In this document: positions 51,996 through 60,927 of the stretch, one piece after another
Position numbering within the stretch: the stretch's first letter is position 1
How the letters are laid out: each line of letters begins with the position of its first letter
Source: an uncultured Pelagibacteraceae bacterium
GTDB lineage: Bacteria > Pseudomonadota > Alphaproteobacteria > Pelagibacterales > Pelagibacteraceae
Direction of reading: 5' to 3'
DNA length: 64,000 bases
Assembly (NCBI GenBank): GCA_902552345.1
Contig: CACDGO010000003.1
Coordinates: 56,221-120,220 of the forward strand
Program-made: the position numbers and the translations under genes
Notes under the pieces: model-generated
Seen by the model: only the letters and a program-made list of their open reading frames with translations
Databases searched by the model: none
What the model was told of the DNA's origin: nothing

Positions 51996-53090
51996 TTAAA
52001 CTTCTTTTATTAGAGATTTTTCAATTATCTCATCCTCTAAATTAATATTAAAATCTTTTTTTGATTTACTATACAAGTTACGAATAAAGCTAAAAAGGTT
52101 TTTAGCATATAGGCTGGATGCAGTGAGAGGTAAACTATTCATTAAACTTTTAACACCTATAATTTTAATATCATTAATTGTGTTAATTTTACCTGCTTCT
52201 GAAAATGCTGAATTTCCACCGTGTTCAGCCGCTAAATCGTAAACAATGGAGCCAGGTTTCATCAACTTCACTAAATCTTCAGTTAAAATTCTTGGAGCGG
52301 GCTTACCTGGTATTAATGCTGTACATATGACTATATCATTTTTTTTTAAAGCATCTTTCATCATTTCTGCTTGTTTCTTTTTATAGTCGTCAGATGCCTC
52401 TTTAGCATAGCCTGCAGCTGTTTCCATATCTTCAGATTGCTCAACAGTTAAAAATTTTCCTCCTAAACTTTCAACTTGTTCTTTTGATGCGGATCTTACG
52501 TCTGTTGCAGAAACAATCGCACCTAACCTTTTTGCAGTAGCGATAGCCTGTAACCCTGCTACGCCAGCTCCAATAACTAAAACTTTTGCTGCGGGCACTG
52601 TACCTGCAGCTGTCATCATCATAGGTACGGCTTTTTCGAATTGTGCTACACAATCAACGACCGCTCTATATCCTGCTAGATTAGATTGAGAAGACAATAC
52701 GTCCATTGATTGAGCTCTAGTAATTCTAGGTAATAGTTCCAATGAAAAAGGCTTTATTTTTTTATTAATAATTTTTTCAATCTGACTCTTGTTTTTAGAT
52801 GGATTTAGCATGCCAATCAAAATTGTTTTATCTTTTAAAATTTTAATTTCATCATCATTAGGACAATTAACTTTTGTAATTAAATTACTTAAGTTCATAA
52901 TCTCATTTGGTGAGTTTTTTATTTCAACTCCAATTTTTAAATATTCATCGTCATTAATGCCAAGATGAGTAGCGTAATCTTTTTCAACGTATACTTTTAA
53001 ACCCAGTCCAATAATGTTTTTTGCCGACTCTGGAGTTATTGAAACTCTTTTTTCTAGTGTTGTATTTTCTTTAATTGAACCGACAATCAT
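51996..53090 (-). CDS. pntA: NAD(P) transhydrogenase alpha subunit part 1
   Basis: PRITRAQSMDVLSSQ, GAGVAGLQA, TALIPG. Confidence 0.97.
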   Translation of the reverse strand: MIVGSIKENTTLEKRVSITPESAKNIIGLGLKVYVEKDYATHLGINDDEYLKIGVEIKNSPNEIMNLSNLITKVNCPNDDEIKILKDKTILIGMLNPSKNKSQIEKIINKKIKPFSLELLPRITRAQSMDVLSSQSNLAGYRAVVDCVAQFEKAVPMMMTAAGTVPAAKVLVIGAGVAGLQAIATAKRLGAIVSATDVRSASKEQVESLGGKFLTVEQSEDMETAAGYAKEASDDYKKKQAEMMKDALKKNDIVICTALIPGKPAPRILTEDLVKLMKPGSIVYDLAAEHGGNSAFSEAGKINTINDIKIIGVKSLMNSLPLTASSLYAKNLFSFIRNLYSKSKKDFNINLEDEIIEKSLIKEV

Positions 53091-53108
53091 TATTATAATT
53101 TTTAGATT

Positions 53109-53219
53109 TTAAAGTAATGTAATTGCTAATATCACTAAAACAGCAATTACCCCAATAGTTCCCCATAGTACGAATTTTGTGAAACCGTTGTAAGTTTTTT
53201 TGAAATCATTTTCACTCAT
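53109..53219 (-). CDS. aa3-type cytochrome c oxidase subunit IV (36 aa, missed by the ORF track)
   Basis: Manual translation MSENDFKKTYNGFTKFVLWGTIGVIAVLVILAITLL*; TY.GF motif plus one TM; position upstream of pntA as in other alphaproteobacteria. Confidence 0.8.
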   Translation of the reverse strand: MSENDFKKTYNGFTKFVLWGTIGVIAVLVILAITLL

Positions 53220-53221
53220 CT

Positions 53222-53347
53222 TTAACCTTGACGAGCTTTAAATTTTGGATTTTTTTTATTGATCACGTACAGCTTTCCTCTACGTTTCACTAATTTAGAG
53301 TTCAAATCTCTTTTTTTTAACGATTTTAATGAGCTAGCTACTTTCAT
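53222..53347 (-). CDS. rpmJ: 50S ribosomal protein L36, type B (Zn-free; missed by the ORF track)
   Basis: Manual translation [41 protein letters not shown]. Confidence 0.97.
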   Translation of the reverse strand: MKVASSLKSLKKRDLNSKLVKRRGKLYVINKKNPKFKARQG

Positions 53348-53356
53348 AATTTTTAA

Positions 53357-53472
53357 GCCTGGCAACGTCCTACTCTTCCATGTCTTAAGACAAAGTACCA
53401 TCGGCGCAGAAAGGCTTAACTTCCGAGTTCGGAATGGGATCGGGTGTGTCCCTTTCGCAATAATTACCAGGC
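53357..53472 (-). rRNA. rrf: 5S rRNA (not adjacent to 23S)
   Basis: Reverse complement GCCTGG...CACCCGATCCCATTCCGAACTCGGAAGTTAAG...GCCGATGGTACT...GAGTAGG..GTTGCCAGGC; terminal helix I pairs. Confidence 0.97.
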
Positions 53473-53478
53473 GAAAAA

Positions 53479-53507
53479 CTTATATTATTTTTAAATAAAT
53501 AAGTAAA
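53479..53507 (-). promoter_or_regulatory. Putative sigma70 promoter for the 5S rRNA
   Basis: Minus strand TTTACT-N17-TATAAG, then 6 nt to the 5S 5' end. Confidence 0.55.
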
Positions 53508-53537
53508 TAGTATAAATACGCACTTTTTACAGGATTA

Positions 53538-53612
53538 TGGTGGGCGTGATAAGAATTGAACTTATGACCTCTTCGATGTCAACGAAGCGTTCTACCACTG
53601 AACTACACGCCC
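53538..53612 (-). tRNA. tRNA-Val (GAC)
   Basis: Reverse complement GGGCGTGTAGTTCAGTGGTAGAACGCTTCGTTGACATCGAAGAGGTCATAAGTTCAATTCTTATCACGCCCACCA. Confidence 0.97.
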
Positions 53613-53662
53613 AGAAATTTTTAAAGTTGTACAAAAATTAAATTATTCATTAACTTTAAAGT

Positions 53663-54631
53663 TTATCTTTTTTTAAGAATACCTCTTATATAACAATTAT
53701 CACCTGAATTGTTAATAAACCAATCAAGTTTAAGATCTTTCCTCAAACTTTTCATTTTTATAAAATCTTGGCGAAAACTTATAATTTTTTGGGGAATAAT
53801 TTTTTTAAATATTCTTTTTAAGTTAAAAATTGAAATTATTTTTTTTCTAGAATTATAATACTCTTGTTGAGACTCTCTTTGGTATTTATGATCATCTGCA
53901 AATGAATAAGCTGCAAATGATAAATTAATAATTTCTAGGTTATGAATTTCAGCCAATTTTTTAATACTTTTTTCTGTAAAAAAAAGTAAGTGTGGACTGT
54001 CATATGCCCTACCATCAAAATACTCTTTTGTACAATTTGGTACCTCAAAGAAAATATGTCCATCTTTACTCAAAATTTCTTTAAACTTTACAAAAATACT
54101 ATTTATATCAGATAGATGCTCTAACGAGTGAGTTGTTGTAATTAGATCAAATTTTTTATCGATATCATTCAAATTTTTTATGTTTTTATATCCTCTTTCA
54201 TCTAAAATCTTTTCACAATATTCGTCTCCTTCAGTGCAAAAAAGATTAATTTTTGGAAATTTTTTTTTAAGTGCATGACCGATGTCACCATTTCCTCCAC
54301 CAAAATCGTAAAAATTTTTAATTCTCTTAGCGTCAATAAATGTTGTTAAATAAGATATGTAACTCAAATTTTTATCTTCTAAATAATATTTTTTTTGATC
54401 CTCAAAATTTTCACTCACTAAAAAAGGTGGTCTGCCATTTGATCTGTATACTTTTTCATAAAAATAATCTAATTTTTCATTTGATGGCATTGGACTAACA
54501 AAGCTGAAGTCACATGCAGAGCATTGGAAAATTTTTGCATCACTAAAATACTTTTCATCTTCTCGTATTTCTAACCTAAAATCAGATAAGAAGTTTACAT
54601 TATCTTTTTTTTCACAAATTAAGCAGTTCAT
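53663..54631 (-). CDS. Class I SAM-dependent methyltransferase with N-terminal Cys cluster
   Basis: CLIC...CSAC, DFGGGNG, FDLI...HSLEH, FFEVPN, HLLFF. Confidence 0.88.
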   Translation of the reverse strand: MNCLICEKKDNVNFLSDFRLEIREDEKYFSDAKIFQCSACDFSFVSPMPSNEKLDYFYEKVYRSNGRPPFLVSENFEDQKKYYLEDKNLSYISYLTTFIDAKRIKNFYDFGGGNGDIGHALKKKFPKINLFCTEGDEYCEKILDERGYKNIKNLNDIDKKFDLITTTHSLEHLSDINSIFVKFKEILSKDGHIFFEVPNCTKEYFDGRAYDSPHLLFFTEKSIKKLAEIHNLEIINLSFAAYSFADDHKYQRESQQEYYNSRKKIISIFNLKRIFKKIIPQKIISFRQDFIKMKSLRKDLKLDWFINNSGDNCYIRGILKKR

Positions 54632-54640
54632 AATTTTTAA

Positions 54641-55378
54641 TTATTTAAAATACCTGAATTTATTTTTTTTATAAATTTCTTGTAGTTCATCTCTATCTCT
54701 TTTAACATCCATACATTTCCAAAAACCATAATGTTTAAATGCCACAAGCTCTTTTTTTTTGGCAGCTTGTTCTAATGGCCATTTTTCCAAAATTTCTTTA
54801 TCGCTTCTTATTAATTTTAAGAAATTTGAATTCGCAATAAAAAAACCTCCATTGATCCAACTATTGCTAGTTTGCGGCTTCTCTTTAAAAGAAACCACTT
54901 TACTTTTTCTAAGCAATATTTCCCCAAATCTAGCAGGAGGTCTAACGGCAGTAACTGTTATAAGCTTATTTTTATTTTTATGAAACTTAGTGAGTTTATT
55001 CAGATTTACACTTGATAAGCCATCACCATAAGTAAACATAAAGTCTTTATTTTTTTCCAAAAAGCTTGATACTCTCTTTAATCTTCCACCAGTAAGTGTT
55101 TCTTTTCCTGTATCTAAAATATTTATTTTACATCTCTTATTAAACAATTTTGCCTCAAACTCATCTCCATCTCTTTTAAAATTTTTGAAATACTTTTTAA
55201 ATACGAAATTTTTATATCCAGTTGCTATTATAAAATCATTAAATCCAAATCTTAAATAATGATTCATAATATGAGCAATTATTGGATAAGGACCTATTTT
55301 AACCATAGGTTTTGGTATCACATGAGTATACTCTGACAATCTTGTTCCTAATCCTCCGGCTAAAATAACAACTTTCAT
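54641..55378 (-). CDS. rfbF: Glucose-1-phosphate cytidylyltransferase
   Basis: ILAGGLGTRLSE.T...PKPMV, DTG..TLTGGRLK, TYGDG, INGGFF, GFWKCMD. Confidence 0.92.
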   Translation of the reverse strand: MKVVILAGGLGTRLSEYTHVIPKPMVKIGPYPIIAHIMNHYLRFGFNDFIIATGYKNFVFKKYFKNFKRDGDEFEAKLFNKRCKINILDTGKETLTGGRLKRVSSFLEKNKDFMFTYGDGLSSVNLNKLTKFHKNKNKLITVTAVRPPARFGEILLRKSKVVSFKEKPQTSNSWINGGFFIANSNFLKLIRSDKEILEKWPLEQAAKKKELVAFKHYGFWKCMDVKRDRDELQEIYKKNKFRYFK

Positions 55379-55819
55379 CTACACTTGCCAATCATATTTA
55401 AAATATTTATCGTCATGTTTTCGCCTTACCATTTCTCTCTCGTCATGAGGTAAACTTGCACAGTTTGCAACGATAGACTCAGATTTGTCTAACCCTATAA
55501 AACCGTTCCAAATTAATGGGGGTATTGTAATTAAAAAAAAATTTTTTGGAGTGAGAATGTGTTCACTATATTTGCCAGAAGATTTGCTGTCTGATCTATC
55601 ATCAAATAACACTAACTTTACCTCGCCGCTAATACATGCGTAATTAAGGATATTTTTTTTGTGTAAATGCCAGGCCTTGATAGATTTATTGAAAATTGTT
55701 GAAAAGTATATTTCGCCGAAAGACTCGAACACTATTGAGTCTGATCTTAACATAGGTAGTACGGAACCCCTATGATCAACAATCTTATTTAATTTTGTAA
55801 TTTTAACACCTTCTATCAT
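55379..55819 (-). CDS. NDP-4-keto-6-deoxyhexose 3,5-epimerase (RmlC-like cupin)
   Basis: MIEGV, D.RG, FGEIYFS, KAWHLH, FDDR..S, IPP..W.GF. Confidence 0.85.
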   Translation of the reverse strand: MIEGVKITKLNKIVDHRGSVLPMLRSDSIVFESFGEIYFSTIFNKSIKAWHLHKKNILNYACISGEVKLVLFDDRSDSKSSGKYSEHILTPKNFFLITIPPLIWNGFIGLDKSESIVANCASLPHDEREMVRRKHDDKYFKYDWQV

Positions 55820-56874
55820 TTTAATTTAAAATACTCTTTTATTTGAAAGTTTGTAATATCCTTCAATTCAAGTTTTCTTATATAATGATCATACCATTTT
55901 GCAGTTTTCAAAATTGAATTTCTCATATTCCAGGTATTACTCCATTTCAATTTATTTAATGCGTTAGATGAATTTAGCTTCAATAAATTAGCTTCTTTAA
56001 AATTCCCTTTTTTAAAAATAATTTTTTTTTTTAAACTTAAACTTTTGAAAAATAACTCTACAATACTTTTTACTTTCATTGTTTCAGCAAACGATGGACC
56101 AAAATTCCAAGAGCCAGAATACCTTTTTTTGTTTACATATATTTTTTTTGCTAAAAGTAAATATCCAGAAATAGGTTCTAAAACATGTTGCCAAGGTCGG
56201 GTTGATTGAGGGTTTCTTATTGTCAATGTCTTTTTTTGAACAATTGATCTTACGCAATCTGGTATAATTCTATTCTTAGACCAATCTCCTCCACCAATAA
56301 CATTTCCCGCTCTAACAGTTGCATAACCAAATCTTTTTTGAAATTTAAAAAAAGACTCTGAGTATGCTTTAAAAATAATTTCTGCGCTCGCTTTAGACGC
56401 GCTATATAAATCCTCACCCCCTAAAGTATCTGTCTCTTTATATCCCCTCTGAAACTCTTTATTAAGATAGCATTTATCTGAAGTAATTATTATTAATGAG
56501 ACTAAACTTTTTAATTGTCTAGAAATGTTTAAGATGTTGCTTGTTCCAATCGTATTTGTAGCTACTGTATCCAATGGGGATTTATATGACTCGGAAACCA
56601 AAGATTGAGCAGCTAAATGAAAAATAATCTGAGGTTTGAAATTTAGAACACTCTTTTTTAATCTTTTATAATCTAGTATGTCTGCGTATACATTTTTTAC
56701 TTTTTTGTAATTACACATTTTTTTATAAGATTTTAATCTATTATCTAGCTTAGAATACCCCATGATTTTTGAATTAAATTTCAAAAGACAAGCTGTTAAC
56801 CAAGTACCTTTAAATCCTGTATGACCTGTAACTAATATTCTTTTATTTTTGTAGAAACTTTTTAAATTACTCAT
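55816..56874 (-). CDS. rfbG: CDP-glucose 4,6-dehydratase
   Basis: TGHTGFKGTWL, HLAAQSLV, TSDKCY, YSASK, RAGNVIGGGDW, RPWQHVLEP. Confidence 0.95.
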   Translation of the reverse strand: MSNLKSFYKNKRILVTGHTGFKGTWLTACLLKFNSKIMGYSKLDNRLKSYKKMCNYKKVKNVYADILDYKRLKKSVLNFKPQIIFHLAAQSLVSESYKSPLDTVATNTIGTSNILNISRQLKSLVSLIIITSDKCYLNKEFQRGYKETDTLGGEDLYSASKASAEIIFKAYSESFFKFQKRFGYATVRAGNVIGGGDWSKNRIIPDCVRSIVQKKTLTIRNPQSTRPWQHVLEPISGYLLLAKKIYVNKKRYSGSWNFGPSFAETMKVKSIVELFFKSLSLKKKIIFKKGNFKEANLLKLNSSNALNKLKWSNTWNMRNSILKTAKWYDHYIRKLELKDITNFQIKEYFKLK

Positions 56875-56876
56875 TT

Positions 56877-58139
56877 TTATAAATCATATGAAAGTGACTC
56901 AAAATTTGAATTTAGGAATTTTTTATAATTTTTTTTATCAATAATGTGAAAAATTGGTAGGTGAAAGATTAATTTTCCGCCCTTTTTCAAAAAATTTATC
57001 TCTTGTTTTATGACTTCTTTTCTAAATGACCATATCAAAACCAAAAGATATTTTGGTTTTTTAGATCTCATTTCTTTTTTAGAAATTATTTTTAAGTTAC
57101 TTCCTGGTGTATATCTATTATATTTATATGGGTTAGCATCACATATATATTTAATATGTTCATTATTTATCTCACAATGGTTTAAAACAATGTTTCCTTT
57201 AGTTGACGCACCATAAGCTATAATATCTTTTTTTTTTATTTTTGATAAAAAAAAGTTAAGCATTTTTTTTGTGTTTTCAATTCTTATATTAAATTTATTG
57301 AATGAATTTTCATTAATTTTTCGCTCATATAAAAATTGGTTTTTAATTTTTTTTAATTTAGGTTTATATTTACTATTTTTTTTAGCGCATATTATTTCCA
57401 CACTACCGCCGTTTATCTCATTAAAGGAAAAATCTAATATTTGTAAATTATGTTTTGAAATTATTTTATTAAAACTGCTGAGAGTGTAATAACATAAATG
57501 TTCATGACAAATTTGATCATATGTCAGATTTTTAAGTAATAATGGGAAATAGGACAACTCTAACATCCAAATACCATTTTTATTTAACAAAAAATTGATA
57601 TCTGAACAAAATTTATTTGGGTCTTCAATATCGTAAAACATTGCAAAAGATGTAATTAAATCAAATTTTTTATTAATATTTTTTAAGCTTTCTTTTGAAA
57701 AGTAGTCTATTACTAAATTAACATTTTTCTTGTAGTAATTTTGAAATTTTCTTGCAGATGGATCTATTCCATATAGATTGAATTTTTTATTTTTTTTTGA
57801 AAAGAAATTTAAAAACGTTCCATCGTTTGATCCAATATCTAAGATAAAAGAATTATTTTTTAAATATTTTTGTTTACAAATAAATTCAAACTTTTCCTTT
57901 ATGTGTTTTACCATTAAGGGACTTAAAGACGTGTTGTATCCATACGTAGTTCCATACATATCTTGCAAAGGAGGAGTTTTTTTAAATTGAACTAACTCAC
58001 AATATCGGCAAATAAAAAGATCCAAAGAGTATTTTTTTAAATTTTTTTTAATTTTATGGGGAAACACGCTGCTTATGCATTGGCTTCCAATATCTATGAC
58101 TTTTATATTAAGTTTTTTTTTACAATTTCTACAAAACAT
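56877..58139 (-). CDS. NDP-sugar C-methyltransferase (3-C-methyltransferase family)
   Basis: CRNC...CRYCELVQ Zn site, DIGSNDG, YDQICHEH, NGGS, YGASTKGN, YTPG. Confidence 0.9.
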   Translation of the reverse strand: MFCRNCKKKLNIKVIDIGSQCISSVFPHKIKKNLKKYSLDLFICRYCELVQFKKTPPLQDMYGTTYGYNTSLSPLMVKHIKEKFEFICKQKYLKNNSFILDIGSNDGTFLNFFSKKNKKFNLYGIDPSARKFQNYYKKNVNLVIDYFSKESLKNINKKFDLITSFAMFYDIEDPNKFCSDINFLLNKNGIWMLELSYFPLLLKNLTYDQICHEHLCYYTLSSFNKIISKHNLQILDFSFNEINGGSVEIICAKKNSKYKPKLKKIKNQFLYERKINENSFNKFNIRIENTKKMLNFFLSKIKKKDIIAYGASTKGNIVLNHCEINNEHIKYICDANPYKYNRYTPGSNLKIISKKEMRSKKPKYLLVLIWSFRKEVIKQEINFLKKGGKLIFHLPIFHIIDKKNYKKFLNSNFESLSYDL

Positions 58140-58163
58140 TAGGAAATAAATCTTTACTTATCA

Positions 58164-59186
58164 TTAAAAAAAGTTTTTTGCTATTATAAATAATCTTCTA
58201 AAAAAAAAGTACAATCCAAATACATAAATTCCTGGGTATAATAAATTTTTTACTACGTGTTTTTTTATTTTAACAAATTCTAAACCTCTATGTCCCGGTT
58301 TTAATAAAATATTGTAAAAAGAAGGAAGGAGTCTTCGTAATGCAAAATTTTTACAAAGATAAAATCTGATAAATGACATGCCGTTTTTTCTATAACAATC
58401 CAATACTTCAGGAATTCTTACTGCCTCTACAAATGCGTATAAATCAGCCCAATCTTCGGCCCTTGGCCCATGAACATTTGCTGTTAAAGGTTTATTTAAA
58501 AAATAAGCTGTTTTATTTTTAAAAGCAGCAGACCAAATTTTTATATGTGGAGCTGTGTTATCGAAATTTGAATATAGTCTTGTATCGATAATATTTTCTT
58601 TATCAATTACATTTGTATTTTCTAACCATAATTTTCTTCTAAAAATACACAAGTATGTACTAAGCATAAATTCAAAGGATTTGAATGGATTGATTAGTTC
58701 AAAAAATTTTAGTTTTCCAGACTTATTATAATTTGAAAATTTTTTTAATTTTCTGAAATCAAATTTTCTTGTATCGAAAGGAAAATCAAACTTTTCAAGA
58801 ATTTCAGACTTAAGATGAAATGAATTTATATAAAAAAAGTCTACATCAGAATTTTTATCTATTAAATCTTTTAAAATATTAAAGGCATTTGGTAAAATTA
58901 AATCATCGTTTCCTAAAATCCAAACAAATTCACCTTTTGCCATTGAAACACTTTTTAAACTATTATTACCGTATCCAATATTTTTTTCATTTTGATTGAA
59001 AACTAATTTGATTTTTTTATCAAATTTAGTAACGATTGAATTTGTATTCTCTTCAGAAAAATTATCAGAAATACACACCTCGACATTTAAATTGCTCTTT
59101 TTATTAGCTATTAATATTGAGTTCAAACAATTTTCCAAATACTTAATCCTATTATAAGTGGGAATGCAAATTGATAAGTCGATCAT
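58164..59186 (-). CDS. Glycosyltransferase family 2 (RfbV-like N-terminus)
   Basis: LSICIPTYNR, ISDNFS, NIG...N, GEFVWILGNDD. Confidence 0.9.
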   Translation of the reverse strand: MIDLSICIPTYNRIKYLENCLNSILIANKKSNLNVEVCISDNFSEENTNSIVTKFDKKIKLVFNQNEKNIGYGNNSLKSVSMAKGEFVWILGNDDLILPNAFNILKDLIDKNSDVDFFYINSFHLKSEILEKFDFPFDTRKFDFRKLKKFSNYNKSGKLKFFELINPFKSFEFMLSTYLCIFRRKLWLENTNVIDKENIIDTRLYSNFDNTAPHIKIWSAAFKNKTAYFLNKPLTANVHGPRAEDWADLYAFVEAVRIPEVLDCYRKNGMSFIRFYLCKNFALRRLLPSFYNILLKPGHRGLEFVKIKKHVVKNLLYPGIYVFGLYFFFRRLFIIAKNFF

Positions 59187-60029
59187 TTAAACTTTCCAAA
59201 TATATTTTTTGGAACTTATAAAATTTCTAATAAACTTATTATTATTTTTAAAATTTAATATTGGTTTTTTGTCTTCACTTATCTTTGAGAGAACAAATTC
59301 TTTTACAGTCATAGGTTTACCGCTTGCTACATGCCAAATTTGAGGGAATTTTTTTGATTTTTTTTTAAAGTTTATAGCGTCAATTAAAATATTAGTTACC
59401 TTGCTAACTTCAATAAAATCTTTTTTTTGCTTACTTGAATTAATAGTAAAGGGAATTTTATTTTTAAAAGCATAATTTAAAGAACTTAATAATTTTTTTT
59501 TATTTTCTCCTTCTCCATAAACATTAAAAATTCTCATCAATCTACATTTAATTTTTTTTTTTTTAGATAACGATAATGCAATTTTAGAAAATTTATTTTT
59601 ACTTTTTTCATAATTACTCTCAGGCAAAGATTTAGTTGTAGCTTTTAATTCGATTTCTTTTTTTGCACTTTTTCCATACTCTGAAGCTGAACCAACAATT
59701 AACCACTTATTACATCCGTTTTTAAGACAATTTAATAAAAGTTTATAAGGTTTTTTTACATTTACTTCAAAAGCTACTTTTGAACTAATTTTTTTTTTAT
59801 TTACACCAGCTGCTGCAAGGTGAATTAAAGTATGTGATTGTTTTAAATATTTATCTAAATTTGAATCTAATTCTCCTTTAACCCACTCAATCCTTTTAGT
59901 GCTATTTATTTTTTTTTTTCTACTTAAAGCAAAAATTTTAAATCCCTTTTTTTCTGCTTTTTTTAAAAAATTTTTTCCTATAAAGCCTGTTGCTCCAGTT
60001 AAAAATAAATATTTTCTATTTATTAGCAT
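59187..60029 (-). CDS. NAD-dependent epimerase/4-reductase (extended SDR)
   Basis: TGATGFIG, HLAAAG, GSASEYG, YEKSK, RIFNVYG. Confidence 0.88.
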   Translation of the reverse strand: MLINRKYLFLTGATGFIGKNFLKKAEKKGFKIFALSRKKKINSTKRIEWVKGELDSNLDKYLKQSHTLIHLAAAGVNKKKISSKVAFEVNVKKPYKLLLNCLKNGCNKWLIVGSASEYGKSAKKEIELKATTKSLPESNYEKSKNKFSKIALSLSKKKKIKCRLMRIFNVYGEGENKKKLLSSLNYAFKNKIPFTINSSKQKKDFIEVSKVTNILIDAINFKKKSKKFPQIWHVASGKPMTVKEFVLSKISEDKKPILNFKNNNKFIRNFISSKKYIWKV

Positions 60030-60927
60030 TTTTTAATTTAAAATATTTGATTGTTCTTAAAATTCCTTCTTGCCAATTTATTTTAGGTTGCCATTTAATG
60101 GTTTTTTTTGCTTTGTTTATTTCTGGATAAATATCTAAAGCTTCATCTTTCCTTAATTTTACTTTTCCAAAAGAAGGTTCAAAAAAATTTGTAATCTTAC
60201 CCACATGATACATAATTTTTTTAAGTTGAATTGATTTACCGTATCCAATATTTAAAATCTGGCCATCAGAATTTTTGTTTAAGAGTGTCTTAATAAAAGC
60301 ATCAATTGCATCGGAAATATAAAGAAAATCTCTTTTTTGAATACCGCTAGAGGAATAAAAAATTTTTTTATTCAAACAAGCTTTAATTAAAATTGGTAAA
60401 AATCTGTTTTGATCTTGGTTAGGGCCATAGACTTGATATAATCTTAGAATTGTAGATGGAAAAATTTTTTTTCTCCTTTTTTGTAATAAAAAATTAGATG
60501 CTTTTAGTTTGTATTTTCCATAAATGCCAATCGGCCTACATTTAAAAGTCTCTTTTTGAGGCATTATGCTTTTTCCATATTCTGCTGAACTACCTACTTG
60601 AATAAATTTTTTAATTTTTTTTAATTTAAAATATTCATATAAATTTTTTACGGCTAGAAAATGATATTTCTTCACTTCAAGTTCATTTACATGATTTACA
60701 TAACCACCAAGATTTACTACATACTCAAACTTATAATTTTTTAATTTAAATAGAGCCTTTTTTTTTGAAATATCGAGTATTAAGTAATTTACTCCTTTTA
60801 GTTTTCGATTTTTTTTTGGTTTATGTAATGAGATACTAGTAACATTCCATTTAAGTTTCAAACATGACTTAGCTAAGTGGTAACCAATAAATCCCGAACC
60901 CCCGATAATTAGAATATTTTTTTTCAT
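60016..60927 (-). CDS. NAD-dependent epimerase/4-reductase (extended SDR)
   Basis: GGSGFIG, GSSAEYG, YGKYK, RLYQVYGP, RDFLYI. Confidence 0.88.
   Translation of the reverse strand: MKKNILIIGGSGFIGYHLAKSCLKLKWNVTSISLHKPKKNRKLKGVNYLILDISKKKALFKLKNYKFEYVVNLGGYVNHVNELEVKKYHFLAVKNLYEYFKLKKIKKFIQVGSSAEYGKSIMPQKETFKCRPIGIYGKYKLKASNFLLQKRRKKIFPSTILRLYQVYGPNQDQNRFLPILIKACLNKKIFYSSSGIQKRDFLYISDAIDAFIKTLLNKNSDGQILNIGYGKSIQLKKIMYHVGKITNFFEPSFGKVKLRKDEALDIYPEINKAKKTIKWQPKINWQEGILRTIKYFKLKNANK

Noticed and set aside
53259-53498. 79-aa plus-strand ORF
   Set aside because: Antisense to the 5S rRNA and rpmJ
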